Shown: positions 18,288-29,368, counted from the first letter of the stretch. The stretch: DNA of 53,704 nt from an uncultured Myxococcales bacterium (GCA_964480565.1 CAYZSU010000004.1:1-53704), one strand, 5' to 3'. Notes: a model not told the origin generated them from the letters alone. Translations and numbers: made by a program.

Positions 18288-20360
18288 CTACATTAATAAT
18301 GGCGCAATCACTAAGGATAGCACGCTCATTAGCTTAATTAAAATATTAAGCGATGGACCCGCTGTATCCTTAAAAGGATCACCCACTGTATCACAGGTCA
18401 CAGCAGCTGAATGACGATCACTGCCTTTGCCAGAATTATTTTCTGGATCCTTTTTCTCTGTTTCAATTTGTTTTTTGGCATTATCCCATGCACCACCGGC
18501 ATTGGACATAAAAATAGCCATCATTACACCCGTTACTGTGGCACCTGCAAGCAAACCACCCAAAGCACCTGCATCACCCCATAAATATTTGGAGCCAAAA
18601 CCTACGATGATCGGTGTTAGTATTGCAAGTAACCCTGGAATTATCATTTCTCGAATAGCTGCACTTGTTGAAATATCCACACAACGTGCATAGTCCGCAC
18701 GTGCTTTGCCTTCCATCAAACCTGTTATGGTTCTAAACTGACGCCTGACTTCTTCAATCATGGCATTGGCAGCTCGACCCACCGCACGCATGGCCATAGA
18801 ACTAAATAGAAATGGCAGCATTCCACCTAAAAATAAACCCGCCATAATATCTGGACGTGTAATATCCAATTGGCTAATACCTGCTTGCTCACGAAATGCA
18901 GCAAAAAGTGATAATGCAGTCAATGCCGCAGAACCAATAGCAAAGCCTTTACCAATCGCTGCAGTTGTATTGCCCACTGAGTCCAGATTATCCGTACGCG
19001 CACGTACTTCTTCGCCCAATTCACTCATTTCCGCAATACCACCGGCATTATCTGCAATCGGTCCATAGGCATCTACTGCCAATTGAATACCCGTTGTGGA
19101 GAGCATGCCTAAAGCTGCAATCGCAATACCATACAAACCTGCTAGCTCATAGCTGAATAAAATTGCCAATACGATCGCAATTAATGGCAATGTAGTGGAG
19201 CGCATACCCACAGCTAAACCTGCAATAATACCCGTGGCAGCACCTGTTTGCGACGCATCCACAATTTCATTCACCGGGCGTTTATTCATTGCACAGTAGT
19301 ATTCAGTGAGTAATCCAACGGCTACACCTGCAGCTAAGCCAACAGCCACAGATCCCCAGATTTGTAAGGCGCTAATGGCATTACCACCAATTACAAAACC
19401 GTTTGGTGCCACAATATTAATTAATATATAAGAAACCACCACAAAAATAACTGCAGCTAGCATGGTTCCTAAATTTAAGGCATTTTGAGGATTACCACCT
19501 TCGCGCGTACGCACGAAAAATGTACCTATAATGGATGCCACAATTCCCACACCTGCAAGTACTACTGGAAGTACCACAGCGCTAAGTCCTGCAGTTACAC
19601 CCAAAACCATGGAGCTAATCAATGATCCCACATAGGATTCAAATAAATCCGCACCCATACCGCAGACATCACCAACATTATCGCCCACATTATCCGCAAT
19701 TGTTGCTGGATTACGTGGATCATCTTCTGGAATACCCTGTTCAACTTTACCCACTAAATCCGCACCCACATCCGCGGCTTTGGTGTAAATACCACCGCCC
19801 ACACGAGCAAAAAGTGCAATGGATGATGCGCCAAATGAGAAACCTGCAACAATCGGCAGTACTGTTTCCTTTAATGATTGTACATCAGTGCCATATGTAT
19901 ATGCAAAAACAGCAAACAAGGAACCCAATCCCAGTATGCCAAGCCCTACAACGCTCATCCCCATCACAGCACCACCACGAAAAGCAATGCTAAGTGCAGC
20001 ATTAAGGCTTGTGCGTGCAGCATTGGCCGTACGCACATTGGCACTTGTTGCGACACGCATGCCCAAATAACCCGCAAGCCCTGAGCAAAAAGCGCCCGCA
20101 ATAAATGCAAGTGCTACCAATCGCACTGCACCTGTATTGATGACAGCCAAAACAATGGCTGCAATAGCTACAAATAGTGCCAACACCCGATATTCACGAG
20201 AAATAAAGGCCATTGCCCCTTCTTTAATGGCAATACCCACTTCCTTCATCCGATCTGATCCAACATCAGTCTGATTGACTTTTTTTGCTAAAAACATTGC
20301 ATAGATCAGTGCCAACACTGCACTAACAATGGTAATTAGAATTGCATTCATTCCTAACAT
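18288..20360 (-). CDS. hppA: Membrane-integral pyrophosphatase, K+-dependent, probably Na+-translocating
   Basis: [41 protein letters not shown] and GDPFKDT motifs. Confidence 0.96.
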   Translation of the reverse strand: MLGMNAILITIVSAVLALIYAMFLAKKVNQTDVGSDRMKEVGIAIKEGAMAFISREYRVLALFVAIAAIVLAVINTGAVRLVALAFIAGAFCSGLAGYLGMRVATSANVRTANAARTSLNAALSIAFRGGAVMGMSVVGLGILGLGSLFAVFAYTYGTDVQSLKETVLPIVAGFSFGASSIALFARVGGGIYTKAADVGADLVGKVEQGIPEDDPRNPATIADNVGDNVGDVCGMGADLFESYVGSLISSMVLGVTAGLSAVVLPVVLAGVGIVASIIGTFFVRTREGGNPQNALNLGTMLAAVIFVVVSYILINIVAPNGFVIGGNAISALQIWGSVAVGLAAGVAVGLLTEYYCAMNKRPVNEIVDASQTGAATGIIAGLAVGMRSTTLPLIAIVLAILFSYELAGLYGIAIAALGMLSTTGIQLAVDAYGPIADNAGGIAEMSELGEEVRARTDNLDSVGNTTAAIGKGFAIGSAALTALSLFAAFREQAGISQLDITRPDIMAGLFLGGMLPFLFSSMAMRAVGRAANAMIEEVRRQFRTITGLMEGKARADYARCVDISTSAAIREMIIPGLLAILTPIIVGFGSKYLWGDAGALGGLLAGATVTGVMMAIFMSNAGGAWDNAKKQIETEKKDPENNSGKGSDRHSAAVTCDTVGDPFKDTAGPSLNILIKLMSVLSLVIAPLLM

Positions 20361-20406
20361 ATTTCCTCCTTTTTCCTTTTTATTTGTAAATTATGATCTG
20401 ATTGTT

Positions 20407-20439
20407 AAAAAAATCGCGGACTCTGAATGAATCCGCGAT
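20407..20439 (-). terminator. Hairpin plus U-tract between V-ATPase K and hppA
   Basis: Minus strand reads atcgcgga-ttcattcagag-tccgcgat-tttttt. Confidence 0.6.
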
Positions 20440-20502
20440 GATTTATCCATATTTCAACTCAATTGCAAGGACTCTTTAAGCTGCGTAAGATCTTCTTTTA
20501 GC

Positions 20503-20910
20503 TTATAGTAAAAACAAGCACACAAAGGAAAAGACCGCATATGTTTCAGGCATTGCTGCTGCCACAATTCCATTTCCCAATGTATTTCGACCTTCACCAA
20601 TCGCGCGTACACCTGCTGCACATACTTTTCCTTGGTAAATCCCGCTGATTAAACAGGCAATTCCTAATAATAAAAGAATACCTCCAACCGCTGGATCTTC
20701 TGCAAATGCACCTTTTTTCAGGATACCTCCTAGAAGGGCGTAAATACCTTGCGTACTAGGCATCACTGCCAACGGCATTACAGAAAAAAACTTTTTATCG
20801 CCCACACCAATTGCGGATTGGAATGCAACTGCCAATCCCCATGCTGATCCTGCGAGTCCCAAACCAATACCCAAATAAAATGCCAATTGATTAAATACCG
20901 CCATGTCCAT
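20503..20910 (-). CDS. ntpK: V/A-type ATPase subunit K (c, proteolipid)
   Basis: Duplicated hairpin proteolipid with PSTQGIY, IYQG and PETYAVF. Confidence 0.92.
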   Translation of the reverse strand: MDMAVFNQLAFYLGIGLGLAGSAWGLAVAFQSAIGVGDKKFFSVMPLAVMPSTQGIYALLGGILKKGAFAEDPAVGGILLLLGIACLISGIYQGKVCAAGVRAIGEGRNTLGNGIVAAAMPETYAVFSFVCLFLL

Positions 20911-20931
20911 AACTCCCTCCGTCTATTTAAT

Positions 20932-22707
20932 TTAATTATTTATCCGTGCATTTTGTAAAGGCTTATACGGTAGCCCATTTAATTCTGTACATTTTGGAAA
21001 TGCTTCCACAGCATGCAGTCGTGTGGGATGTACCAGTGAGCCAATAATTCCCATCACAAAATTAAATACATGCCCCACCAATAATACGATTATGCCCAAT
21101 ACTGCTCCAAGTATTGGATTTACTGCATTTTGCACATCGCTTGCCAGCAAATTGACAACAGATGCAATGGCACCGCTTGCAACACCTAAACCAAATAGCC
21201 GTGCATAGGACATCACATCACCAAGCATGCCTGTAAGTCCATAAATATTCCACAAACCAGCTCCCAATCGTTTGAGTATATTCTTATCTACAGACGAAAA
21301 GAAGAAAATACAGGTAATTCCTGAAACAATCAGTATTTTCCAATAATTAATATCAGCAACCGCACATGTGCCACCCCATAATACGAATAGCATTCCCATT
21401 TGCTGCAACCGTGCAGGCCAATCATGTTTATTCAACAGGCCAATGATTAGGGCAATACTTAAATGAATAATTCCAAGCCCAACTGAAATATAAAATAATA
21501 GCATAGGATCGCCAAAATCAGGCGCGATATCGATTAAAATCCAACTTCGTTCCATGAATGCAATACCAAATATACTCCCGCTGAGTCCGCCCCATATAAT
21601 AGTCGCTATGCCAAACAAGAATGTCATATTACTAACTAAGCGCATTTCAGGCATTTTTTTCATCATCAGCTTACGAATCAGCATGCCAATGATCATCATG
21701 AGCACACCATACCCTGCATCCCCTAAGCAAATGCCAAAAAACACCATCATTGATGGTGCAAAAAACAATGCAGGATCCACACTTTTATAGCTAGGTTTTC
21801 CTAATAAATGCATTAATAATTCGAAATTGCGTGAAAACCAGCCATTTTTTGTTAATACTGGCGGATTATCATTGGAATTTGGATCACGCATTTTTATCCA
21901 TACAGAATCTATTTTAGCTTTAATTCCCTGGCATACATTTGCCAAACTCTGAGCAGGTACCCATCCCCCAATGATTGCTAAATGCCCATCATCCATGGCG
22001 CGATCAATGGATTCCTGATAGTCGCACTCACATCCCAATGCGAGTAAATCCGATTTGTATAATGATAGATATTGGCTGGACTGACGAATGTTCTCTTTAT
22101 AAGTGTCTATTTTTTCCTGATATTCCTTGGCAGTTGTTTGCATTTCCTGAAGCGCTTGCTCTGGCATGGCCATGAGCTCAGCGAATTTTATATCTTGTTC
22201 CTGCATTTTTTTACGCGATACAGTTACAAAATAAGTGGTCCGATTTAGAGACACAGGAAAAATTAAATAAGCTCTCTTATTAGGTGATAACTGGCTAAAT
22301 TTTAGTACATCCATTTGCCAAAATTGAATATAAATATGTTGCGATTCCAATGCTGTAATACTCTTGGGATCAAAACATCCCCACACGCTATTTTTTTCAA
22401 TATATCGATCAATTTGCTGTTTTTCTTCTAATAACTGCTTATATTTGGATAAAAGTTCATCAATACCATCGATAGTTAGCATACCATCACGGCATGCATG
22501 CTGATCTTCCTTGTATTGTGACAATTCACGAATAACACGACTGAGTTGATTATACTGCGTCATCTGTGCGTGCATCGATTCACTATCTTTTAATTCATTC
22601 ATATGCGCCACATGCAATACCCCTAAAGACTGCATAGCCCGCATCAGCTTTTCTTTATGAACACTAGATGTTGCACAGATTATTTTTTTCATCGGCACAA
22701 TGGCCAT
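20932..22707 (-). CDS. ntpI: V/A-type ATPase subunit I (a)
   Basis: MAIVPMKK start, FFGICLGDAGYG, DVMSYARLFGLG (essential Arg) and HPTRLHAVE. Confidence 0.95.
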   Translation of the reverse strand: MAIVPMKKIICATSSVHKEKLMRAMQSLGVLHVAHMNELKDSESMHAQMTQYNQLSRVIRELSQYKEDQHACRDGMLTIDGIDELLSKYKQLLEEKQQIDRYIEKNSVWGCFDPKSITALESQHIYIQFWQMDVLKFSQLSPNKRAYLIFPVSLNRTTYFVTVSRKKMQEQDIKFAELMAMPEQALQEMQTTAKEYQEKIDTYKENIRQSSQYLSLYKSDLLALGCECDYQESIDRAMDDGHLAIIGGWVPAQSLANVCQGIKAKIDSVWIKMRDPNSNDNPPVLTKNGWFSRNFELLMHLLGKPSYKSVDPALFFAPSMMVFFGICLGDAGYGVLMMIIGMLIRKLMMKKMPEMRLVSNMTFLFGIATIIWGGLSGSIFGIAFMERSWILIDIAPDFGDPMLLFYISVGLGIIHLSIALIIGLLNKHDWPARLQQMGMLFVLWGGTCAVADINYWKILIVSGITCIFFFSSVDKNILKRLGAGLWNIYGLTGMLGDVMSYARLFGLGVASGAIASVVNLLASDVQNAVNPILGAVLGIIVLLVGHVFNFVMGIIGSLVHPTRLHAVEAFPKCTELNGLPYKPLQNARINN

Positions 22708-22716
22708 AAATACCCC

Positions 22717-23295
22717 TTATGTATTGGCATCCGCCATCATTGATTGTGCAATTTTTGCAACCATCACTGATGAACGTTCATTATCCTCTAATCGTCCACG
22801 AATATAACGAATTCCACTCAAATATTCGGGAATAAGGCGCTTTTCAAATAAATTTATTCGCTGGGTGGTAATATTTAACTCCTCAAATAAGCGTATTAAT
22901 GCATCTTTTTTTGCATGTAAGATAGCCCCTATCTCCAATAATTCTTTTCGTAAATTAATAAATAAATCCATTGAAACAGGGTATGCCATCACATGATATG
23001 GGGATACGTCAAATGTCACAAATTCCACCTCTTTTAGCATAACCCCTGCAATATTTTTCTCTACTAATTTGCATTCGCTAATTGTGACAAATTTTTCAAC
23101 CTCAGGGTGAGGACATTGATCAAATGAATGAGTTAACTCCATGACTTGCTTTTCCAATCCAAGTACAATTTCTTCCCAAATAATAATTTCACGATTCAAC
23201 TGTTTGCGCCGTAAATCCAAAGTAGGAACAGCACGCGCCAATCGCTCGCGTTTTATTTTCAGCAATCGCATTGATCCTTTGGATACAGTTACCAT
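22717..23295 (-). CDS. ntpD: V/A-type ATPase subunit D
   Basis: PTLDLRRKQL and TTQRINLFEKRLIP motifs; operon position. Confidence 0.92.
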   Translation of the reverse strand: MVTVSKGSMRLLKIKRERLARAVPTLDLRRKQLNREIIIWEEIVLGLEKQVMELTHSFDQCPHPEVEKFVTISECKLVEKNIAGVMLKEVEFVTFDVSPYHVMAYPVSMDLFINLRKELLEIGAILHAKKDALIRLFEELNITTQRINLFEKRLIPEYLSGIRYIRGRLEDNERSSVMVAKIAQSMMADANT

Positions 23296-23307
23296 AAACC
23301 CCTCTAT

Positions 23308-24618
23308 TTAGTCCCGTGCTTTATAATACTGATTTAAAACATCTTCTTTTATGCGAAGCACTCGTTTGGGAAGCAAGCCTATCAGGTGCCAGCCCAAATC
23401 AAGCGTTTCATTTAATGTAAGATTCTGTTCAGCAGGTAAAAATTTGGCTTCAAATTCATCCGCAAATTTCAAATAAGCCAAATCCACTTCATCGGTTATT
23501 GTAAAACCCATTTCACGCTGCTCGCGAAGTGATAATGCATTGGCATAGGCGCTCACACAGGCATCCATGATGGGTCCGTGATCAGGGCGTGTTTCTTTGC
23601 CCACCACCAATCCCTTTAAACGAGATAAGCATTTCATTATAATGAAGTTTCCACGTTCAACCGGCAGCTGGCCTTCCGTAATATATCCGGTTAAATTAGC
23701 CACAATGTGAGATAAGTCATTATCCGGCACAGAATTAACACCCATCAGTGTCACAGATCCACGATCCCCGCTAAAATTCACTGCGCGCTCATAAATACGT
23801 GCTAGCTGACTATATAAATCCCCTGGATAACCATCACGGCTTGGAATTTTACCTTGCGCATTGGAAACTTCCATCAATGCATCCGCATATCGAAGCATGT
23901 CTGTAATCACAACCAATACATGCTGCCCGGTCAATGCCAATTGCTCCGCAAATGTACAACAAATATGTGGCACATTCAGGCGTTCAATCGGTGATTCACT
24001 TCCTAGATTAACCACCATAATTGTACGCTCACTGGCTTCCTCAAGTACATCCCTAAAATAAATATACTCTTCATTGAGTAAGCCCAAACCACCAAAGACC
24101 ACACTAAAATTTTCCTGTCCTGCCACACGGGCTTGTCGAATGATACGAGCCACAATGTGATTGATATCTTCGCCAGGCAATTTATAAATAGGAATTTTTT
24201 GACCGCGCACAATGGTATTTGCACCATCAATGGATGGAATCCCTGTTTCAATATATCCCTGTCCTAGCGCACGTCGATCTGGATTCACCACTGGACCTTC
24301 CACTGGCACACGTTTTCCTTGAATCGCAGGTTTTCCATCGCGTGGACGACCCGTTCCATCAAAAATACGTCCCATAATATATTTCGCATCAAATGGCAGC
24401 TCAAATGGCCGACCCGTAAATTCAGTGCTTTGATCAGTCATTACTCCTAAGCTACCTGCTAATGACTGCATGTACACCGTATCCCGATCAATTTTGACAA
24501 CTTTTGCACGGCCATATCCAGGTAAAATGGCTTCTTCACCCATTCCTACACCTGTAACACCCTTGACTTGCAAAATCGGTCCATCAATATTCACTATATC
24601 ACAATAGACTGCTTTCAC
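23308..24618 (-). CDS. ntpB: V/A-type ATPase subunit B
   Basis: RGQKIPI, PSRDGYPGDLY and TGYITEGQ. Confidence 0.96.
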   Translation of the reverse strand: MKAVYCDIVNIDGPILQVKGVTGVGMGEEAILPGYGRAKVVKIDRDTVYMQSLAGSLGVMTDQSTEFTGRPFELPFDAKYIMGRIFDGTGRPRDGKPAIQGKRVPVEGPVVNPDRRALGQGYIETGIPSIDGANTIVRGQKIPIYKLPGEDINHIVARIIRQARVAGQENFSVVFGGLGLLNEEYIYFRDVLEEASERTIMVVNLGSESPIERLNVPHICCTFAEQLALTGQHVLVVITDMLRYADALMEVSNAQGKIPSRDGYPGDLYSQLARIYERAVNFSGDRGSVTLMGVNSVPDNDLSHIVANLTGYITEGQLPVERGNFIIMKCLSRLKGLVVGKETRPDHGPIMDACVSAYANALSLREQREMGFTITDEVDLAYLKFADEFEAKFLPAEQNLTLNETLDLGWHLIGLLPKRVLRIKEDVLNQYYKARD

Positions 24619-24635
24619 AGCGCCTCCTTGATTAC

Positions 24636-26393
24636 TTATTGCTGTTGCTGACTTAGTAATTGACTATAACCTGCGTCATAATCTTTTGAATAATTCACTT
24701 GTACAATATTATAGACTAAATCTTCCTGCGCACGACGCATTGTACGTTTTTCATTTAATGGAAATACATCCATAATTTTGATTAAAAACTGCATCATTCC
24801 ATAGTGTCGGGGTAAGCGGCTGGCACTATCAAACTCTTCAAATGTATTTTGGCTTAAATACGATTTTTGAATCAAATCACCCAAAAGTAATTTGCGATAT
24901 TCCTCATCACCAATCCCTTTTTCACCCAATATCTCCATCTGCTCCTTGATACGCTCCCCTTCACGCACCGCATGCTTGATCGCATGTACAAATTTCAACC
25001 AATTAGGTAAATTTTGGGAATCAAAATATTCTTGCAATGACTCCTGTGAGGAATCCAGATATTTGGAATGGCATTCCAATGGATCAAATGCAGGAAATAG
25101 TCGTGCAGCCGCACGTTTTCTGGATAAAATAAGCGCAACCTTGGCTGTTTGAATAGCAGCCTGAGATGGAGGATCACCGGCAATATCACCACCATCCGGT
25201 GATAAAGCAGCAATGGTTGTCATGCTTCCTTTTCTCTTGCCCGCACTTTCTCCCAAACACTCAACGCGTCCTGCGCGTTCAAACCAGCGCGTTAAGTAAG
25301 CATTCATATATGCTGGAAATGCTTGAGGGCCAGGAATTTCACCCATACGACCACTCATTTCGCGCATTCCTTGTGCTTGCCGAGATAAACTATCTGTGAG
25401 CAAAAGCACATCATACCCCATATCTCTAAAATATTCCCCAACAGTGGCCCCTACAAGAATGGATCCTTCTCTAGCAGCCACAGGCATGGCACTGGTATTT
25501 ACAAATAATACCGTCCGATCCGTTAATGGACGGCCCGACTCTGGATCGATCAACTCTGGGAATTCGCTCATTAATTCCACCATTTCACCTGCACGCTCGC
25601 CGCATCCCACATAAACTACGATGTTCACGCGGCTATGACGAGCTAAATCATGCTGGCACATTGTCTTTCCTGTCCCAAAATCACCTGGGACACAAGCTGT
25701 TCCCCCTAGCATTACAGGGTTAAATGCGTCAATAATCCGAATTCCAGTATTTAAAATTTCACTGAGTTTTAGTCGTTTTGCGGCAGGCCGTGGTCGTCGA
25801 ATGGGCCAGCGCTGCATTAATTTAATTGCTTGCTCATTATTTGTATCATCTGTCACTGTTCCAATATCCTGTGTCACAGTGTAGGAACCACTGGCAATAC
25901 CACTGACTTTACCCATGTGATAATGTGGTGGCACCATAACTTTATGAACAATTAGCTCTGTTTCTTTCACTGTCCCCAATACATCACCTGGATGCACTGT
26001 ATCCCCTTCATTGACAAGCGATACAAATTCCCATTTTTTTTCACGATCCAAGGTTGGAATAATTTCACCGCGAGGTAGAAAATCGCCAAAACCAGATAAT
26101 ACATTGCCTAATCCGTCAAGAGTAGCACCCAATAGTCCAGGTCCAAGCTCGACTTCAATCAATTGACCGGTTAAGCGCACCTGATCTCCAACTTTTAACC
26201 CGGTTGTATCTTCATAGCATTGAATATCCACGTCACTACCGCGCACACGGATGACTTCGCCACGCAAATTTAATGACCCCACAAAGACTTCTTCATTCAT
26301 TTTACATGTCATTTTTTGACCATTGTCACAGAGTAAATCTGCAACAACCAAATTGTCATCCACTTTTAAAATAGTCGCAATACGTTCTTTCAA
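24636..26393 (-). CDS. ntpA: V/A-type ATPase subunit A (catalytic)
   Basis: P-loop PGDFGTGKT, GCGERAGEM, NTSAMPVAARE and EYFRDMGY. Confidence 0.97.
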   Translation of the reverse strand: MKERIATILKVDDNLVVADLLCDNGQKMTCKMNEEVFVGSLNLRGEVIRVRGSDVDIQCYEDTTGLKVGDQVRLTGQLIEVELGPGLLGATLDGLGNVLSGFGDFLPRGEIIPTLDREKKWEFVSLVNEGDTVHPGDVLGTVKETELIVHKVMVPPHYHMGKVSGIASGSYTVTQDIGTVTDDTNNEQAIKLMQRWPIRRPRPAAKRLKLSEILNTGIRIIDAFNPVMLGGTACVPGDFGTGKTMCQHDLARHSRVNIVVYVGCGERAGEMVELMSEFPELIDPESGRPLTDRTVLFVNTSAMPVAAREGSILVGATVGEYFRDMGYDVLLLTDSLSRQAQGMREMSGRMGEIPGPQAFPAYMNAYLTRWFERAGRVECLGESAGKRKGSMTTIAALSPDGGDIAGDPPSQAAIQTAKVALILSRKRAAARLFPAFDPLECHSKYLDSSQESLQEYFDSQNLPNWLKFVHAIKHAVREGERIKEQMEILGEKGIGDEEYRKLLLGDLIQKSYLSQNTFEEFDSASRLPRHYGMMQFLIKIMDVFPLNEKRTMRRAQEDLVYNIVQVNYSKDYDAGYSQLLSQQQQ

Positions 26394-26408
26394 AATACCC
26401 TCCTTCGC

Positions 26409-27089
26409 CTATAGGTATTCGTGCCGTTTATGTAAGCAATACTGAATCACATAACTTAATAACTCATCGTCATTAAATTGATATAATGGTGCAAGCTCAC
26501 TGGCTTTGTTTATTTTTTCCTGAATAATTATAGAATCCATCTCTTTCCACGCTAAAATCCCTCGATTCATTGCATTTTGAATGGATTCACATATATTTTT
26601 ATACTGATTTGAAATATTATTACTAATCAGATTATTGGGCAATACCCCATATGGGGTATGAGATTGCCGAATTTGATACAATGCAGCGTCCAATCCAAGC
26701 ACCCATTCCACCCATTCTTTTAAAAATACACTCTGACATTGGGTGGCCACCTCAAGGAGTTCGCAATAATAGCGATGCCATAAATTTACTTGTCCACCCG
26801 ATTCCTGGTCCGTACATTGTCCTAAGGCATTGCGCAACCATTGAGGTTGCTGCATCACATCATTAAAATCATCCATGCTGAGACATTCGATATCACTGGC
26901 ATCAATTTCCATGGATCGGCGTGTATGGGCTAAAATATCAAAACTATATAGAATTGTACGAATAGGTATATAGATCGCACTATCTTCTTCTTGAATATAT
27001 TGCATGAGCTGCTTCGGTGATAGCGATATACGCATTTCAGCAGCAGGTGATAGAGGTGGTAATAACGCAAACAGGTATTCATATGCCAT
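26409..27089 (-). CDS. V/A-type ATPase subunit C-like (DUF2764-type) protein
   Basis: Position between E and A; N-terminal Y.YL.ALLP.L, FL.EW..W and C-terminal F..D.LL.Y. Confidence 0.7.
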   Translation of the reverse strand: MAYEYLFALLPPLSPAAEMRISLSPKQLMQYIQEEDSAIYIPIRTILYSFDILAHTRRSMEIDASDIECLSMDDFNDVMQQPQWLRNALGQCTDQESGGQVNLWHRYYCELLEVATQCQSVFLKEWVEWVLGLDAALYQIRQSHTPYGVLPNNLISNNISNQYKNICESIQNAMNRGILAWKEMDSIIIQEKINKASELAPLYQFNDDELLSYVIQYCLHKRHEYL

Positions 27090-27098
27090 GCATACCTC

Positions 27099-27758
27099 CT
27101 ATGCGTTTGAATTATCTAATAATTTATGGAAACGTTCTGAAATATACGGTAATAAGGCATTGGTCAGTGAGTTAGAGTCTACCACTAAAGTAGCACCCTC
27201 TTTTTCTGATTTAAATTTCAGCCCTGCCACACCTTTTTTCCCAATTATTTCAATATTTTTTGGTAAATTTTCTTTGATTTGTGCAAATAATTCTTTTTCC
27301 AACTGAATTTTCATGGATTCAGGCACTTCCACACTCATCTGCTCAGAAGCTGTTTTACCAAGAGCTTGTAAATATTGCAGTGAAATGGATTCAATTAATT
27401 GCTTGATAAAACCAATATCTGACATTGCATTGGCTGTTGTTTCTTGAAAAGGTTTTAATGTAATTAATTGCTCTAATTCTGATTTTGCATGCAATAAAAA
27501 ATCACGCATAGCCAATTGCATTTGACTATGCATGCGTTTATTTTCTTCTTCGATTTGTTGTTTGGCATTTTTAAGGAGTTTTTCAGCCTCTAGTTTTGCA
27601 TTTTCTATAATTGAATCGGCTTTTTGCTGGGCACCTTCGATGATTTCCTTCTTCTCAGATTCCCCTTTTTCTACACCCTCATAACGAAGTGTTGCAATTA
27701 GCTTATTAAGCTCTGCCCCGTCATCCCCCTGCCAATTGTGCTGTATTTTATCTTCCAC
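27099..27758 (-). CDS. ntpE: V/A-type ATPase subunit E
   Basis: Coiled-coil N-terminus (L..L..EGVEKG..E..EII..A); first gene of the operon. Confidence 0.85.
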   Translation of the reverse strand: MEDKIQHNWQGDDGAELNKLIATLRYEGVEKGESEKKEIIEGAQQKADSIIENAKLEAEKLLKNAKQQIEEENKRMHSQMQLAMRDFLLHAKSELEQLITLKPFQETTANAMSDIGFIKQLIESISLQYLQALGKTASEQMSVEVPESMKIQLEKELFAQIKENLPKNIEIIGKKGVAGLKFKSEKEGATLVVDSNSLTNALLPYISERFHKLLDNSNA

Positions 27759-27870
27759 GATTCCCCCTTTTATTTCATTTGGGCAAAAAACAATGAAAGA
27801 TTAATACATTAAATTATCTTTAATTACAATAATTTATTTCGACTTCTATATATTTTTCTTCAACTATTTA

Positions 27871-28410
27871 TTACATCATCAATGAGTCATCATCCGCATC
27901 TGTTGCCAGTGATGTATCCGATGCCAATGTCGGTGTATAGGCTTTTGATTTGGATGTTGTCACATTTGATGACGCTCCATCCGTGGACATACGGCACTGC
28001 CCATCAAATGTCGCACCACGTTCAATGACAATTGAAGGCACCTGTATATCAGCAATCAATCGGCTGTCAGTACGTAGCTCAATCGATTCCTTTGCTTCCA
28101 CACTTCCTTGCACACTTCCTTCGACGATCATAGTGCTGACTTTAATGGTCCCATTCACTTGTGCCTCATTACCGACAATCAATGTGCCATCAGACACAAT
28201 ATCGCCTCGAAATGCTCCATTAATTTGCACTGTACCATCAAAAGCCAACTTACCTTCCATACTACAACCCTTATCAATCAATCCATTTATACGTCCTTCT
28301 TCTCTTGCCATAACCCCTCCTCCTTGTTTTTTTTCTATTTTTTCTGTAATTTCATCTGTTTGACCCAAGTAATTAGCAGTTGTACTTTCTTTTTTATTAA
28401 AAAATCCCAT
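27871..28410 (-). CDS. Bactofilin (polymer-forming cytoskeletal protein)
   Basis: Beta-helical repeat LIDKGCSMEGKL.FDG.V.ING...G.I.....L.VG....V.G.I...GATFDGQCRM. Confidence 0.92.
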   Translation of the reverse strand: MGFFNKKESTTANYLGQTDEITEKIEKKQGGGVMAREEGRINGLIDKGCSMEGKLAFDGTVQINGAFRGDIVSDGTLIVGNEAQVNGTIKVSTMIVEGSVQGSVEAKESIELRTDSRLIADIQVPSIVIERGATFDGQCRMSTDGASSNVTTSKSKAYTPTLASDTSLATDADDDSLMM

Positions 28411-28438
28411 AACACACCTTTTTTTATATTATATATAT

Positions 28439-29368
28439 TTAAGATATTATTTTATTGTAAATACGATCCAAGTCCTGCGCTGAATAGTAATCAATGGAAA
28501 TTTTCCCCTTATCATTGCTATGAGTTATTCCCACTTTAGTGCCTAATTCTACTTTTAGCCGATCTATTAACTCCTGATATTGTTCCGGCACTTGTTGTAT
28601 CTTCTTAGTGATAGTGCGCTTATTTCCATTACTGGAAAATGAGCCAACCAGACGTTCCACTTCCCGTACAGTTGGCATATCCTTCATTATCTTTTCACGC
28701 AGCTTTAACTGATCATGTAGATTGGTCATTGTAACAAGCGCACGTGCATGCCCCGCACTATATCGTCCATTGGCCACATCCTCTTGTATCAAACGAGGTA
28801 ACTTGAGCAATCGCAAACTATTTGTTATAGCTACCCGCGATTTACCTAATTTTTTTGCCACATCTTCCTGCGTATAGTCAAACTTAGAAATTAGTTCTTG
28901 ATAGGCCCGTGCTTCTTCCATGGAATTTAAATCTTCCCGTTGAATATTTTCAAGAATAGCTAATGCTAATAATTGTTCATCATTAACTTCTTTAACCACC
29001 ACAGGTACTTCATTCAACCCCGCTAACTTAGATGCTCGTAAACGACGCTCCCCGGCAATTAATTCATAATGCCCATTTGGTAAACTAGACACAATCAATG
29101 GCTGTAATATACCTTGTTCTTTTATTGATTCGGCCAATGCCTCCAATTTATCCGCATTAAATGTAATTCGTGGTTGCATACGATTGGGTGCGATAATATC
29201 AATTGGAATCATTTGGCTGCTATTAGTCACAACTGCCTGTTCAGATGATGGCATCACTGTATTTGCAGACTTTATTAATGACCCTAATCCTTGCCCCAAT
29301 ACCTTTTTAAATTTATTTTTACTATCATCAGAGCTATCATATGTTTCAATGGATAAACTATTTTTCAT
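28439..29368 (-). CDS. parB: Chromosome partitioning protein ParB
   Basis: LGQGLGSLI, QPR, GILQP, YELIAGERRLRA, ENIQREDL and HTH with KSRVAITNSLRLL. Confidence 0.97.
   Translation of the reverse strand: MKNSLSIETYDSSDDSKNKFKKVLGQGLGSLIKSANTVMPSSEQAVVTNSSQMIPIDIIAPNRMQPRITFNADKLEALAESIKEQGILQPLIVSSLPNGHYELIAGERRLRASKLAGLNEVPVVVKEVNDEQLLALAILENIQREDLNSMEEARAYQELISKFDYTQEDVAKKLGKSRVAITNSLRLLKLPRLIQEDVANGRYSAGHARALVTMTNLHDQLKLREKIMKDMPTVREVERLVGSFSSNGNKRTITKKIQQVPEQYQELIDRLKVELGTKVGITHSNDKGKISIDYYSAQDLDRIYNKIIS

Noticed and set aside
20361-20502. Na+ riboswitch upstream of hppA
   Set aside because: Only a simple hairpin with a U-tract is visible; I cannot recognise an aptamer. An Rfam/Infernal scan would be decisive.
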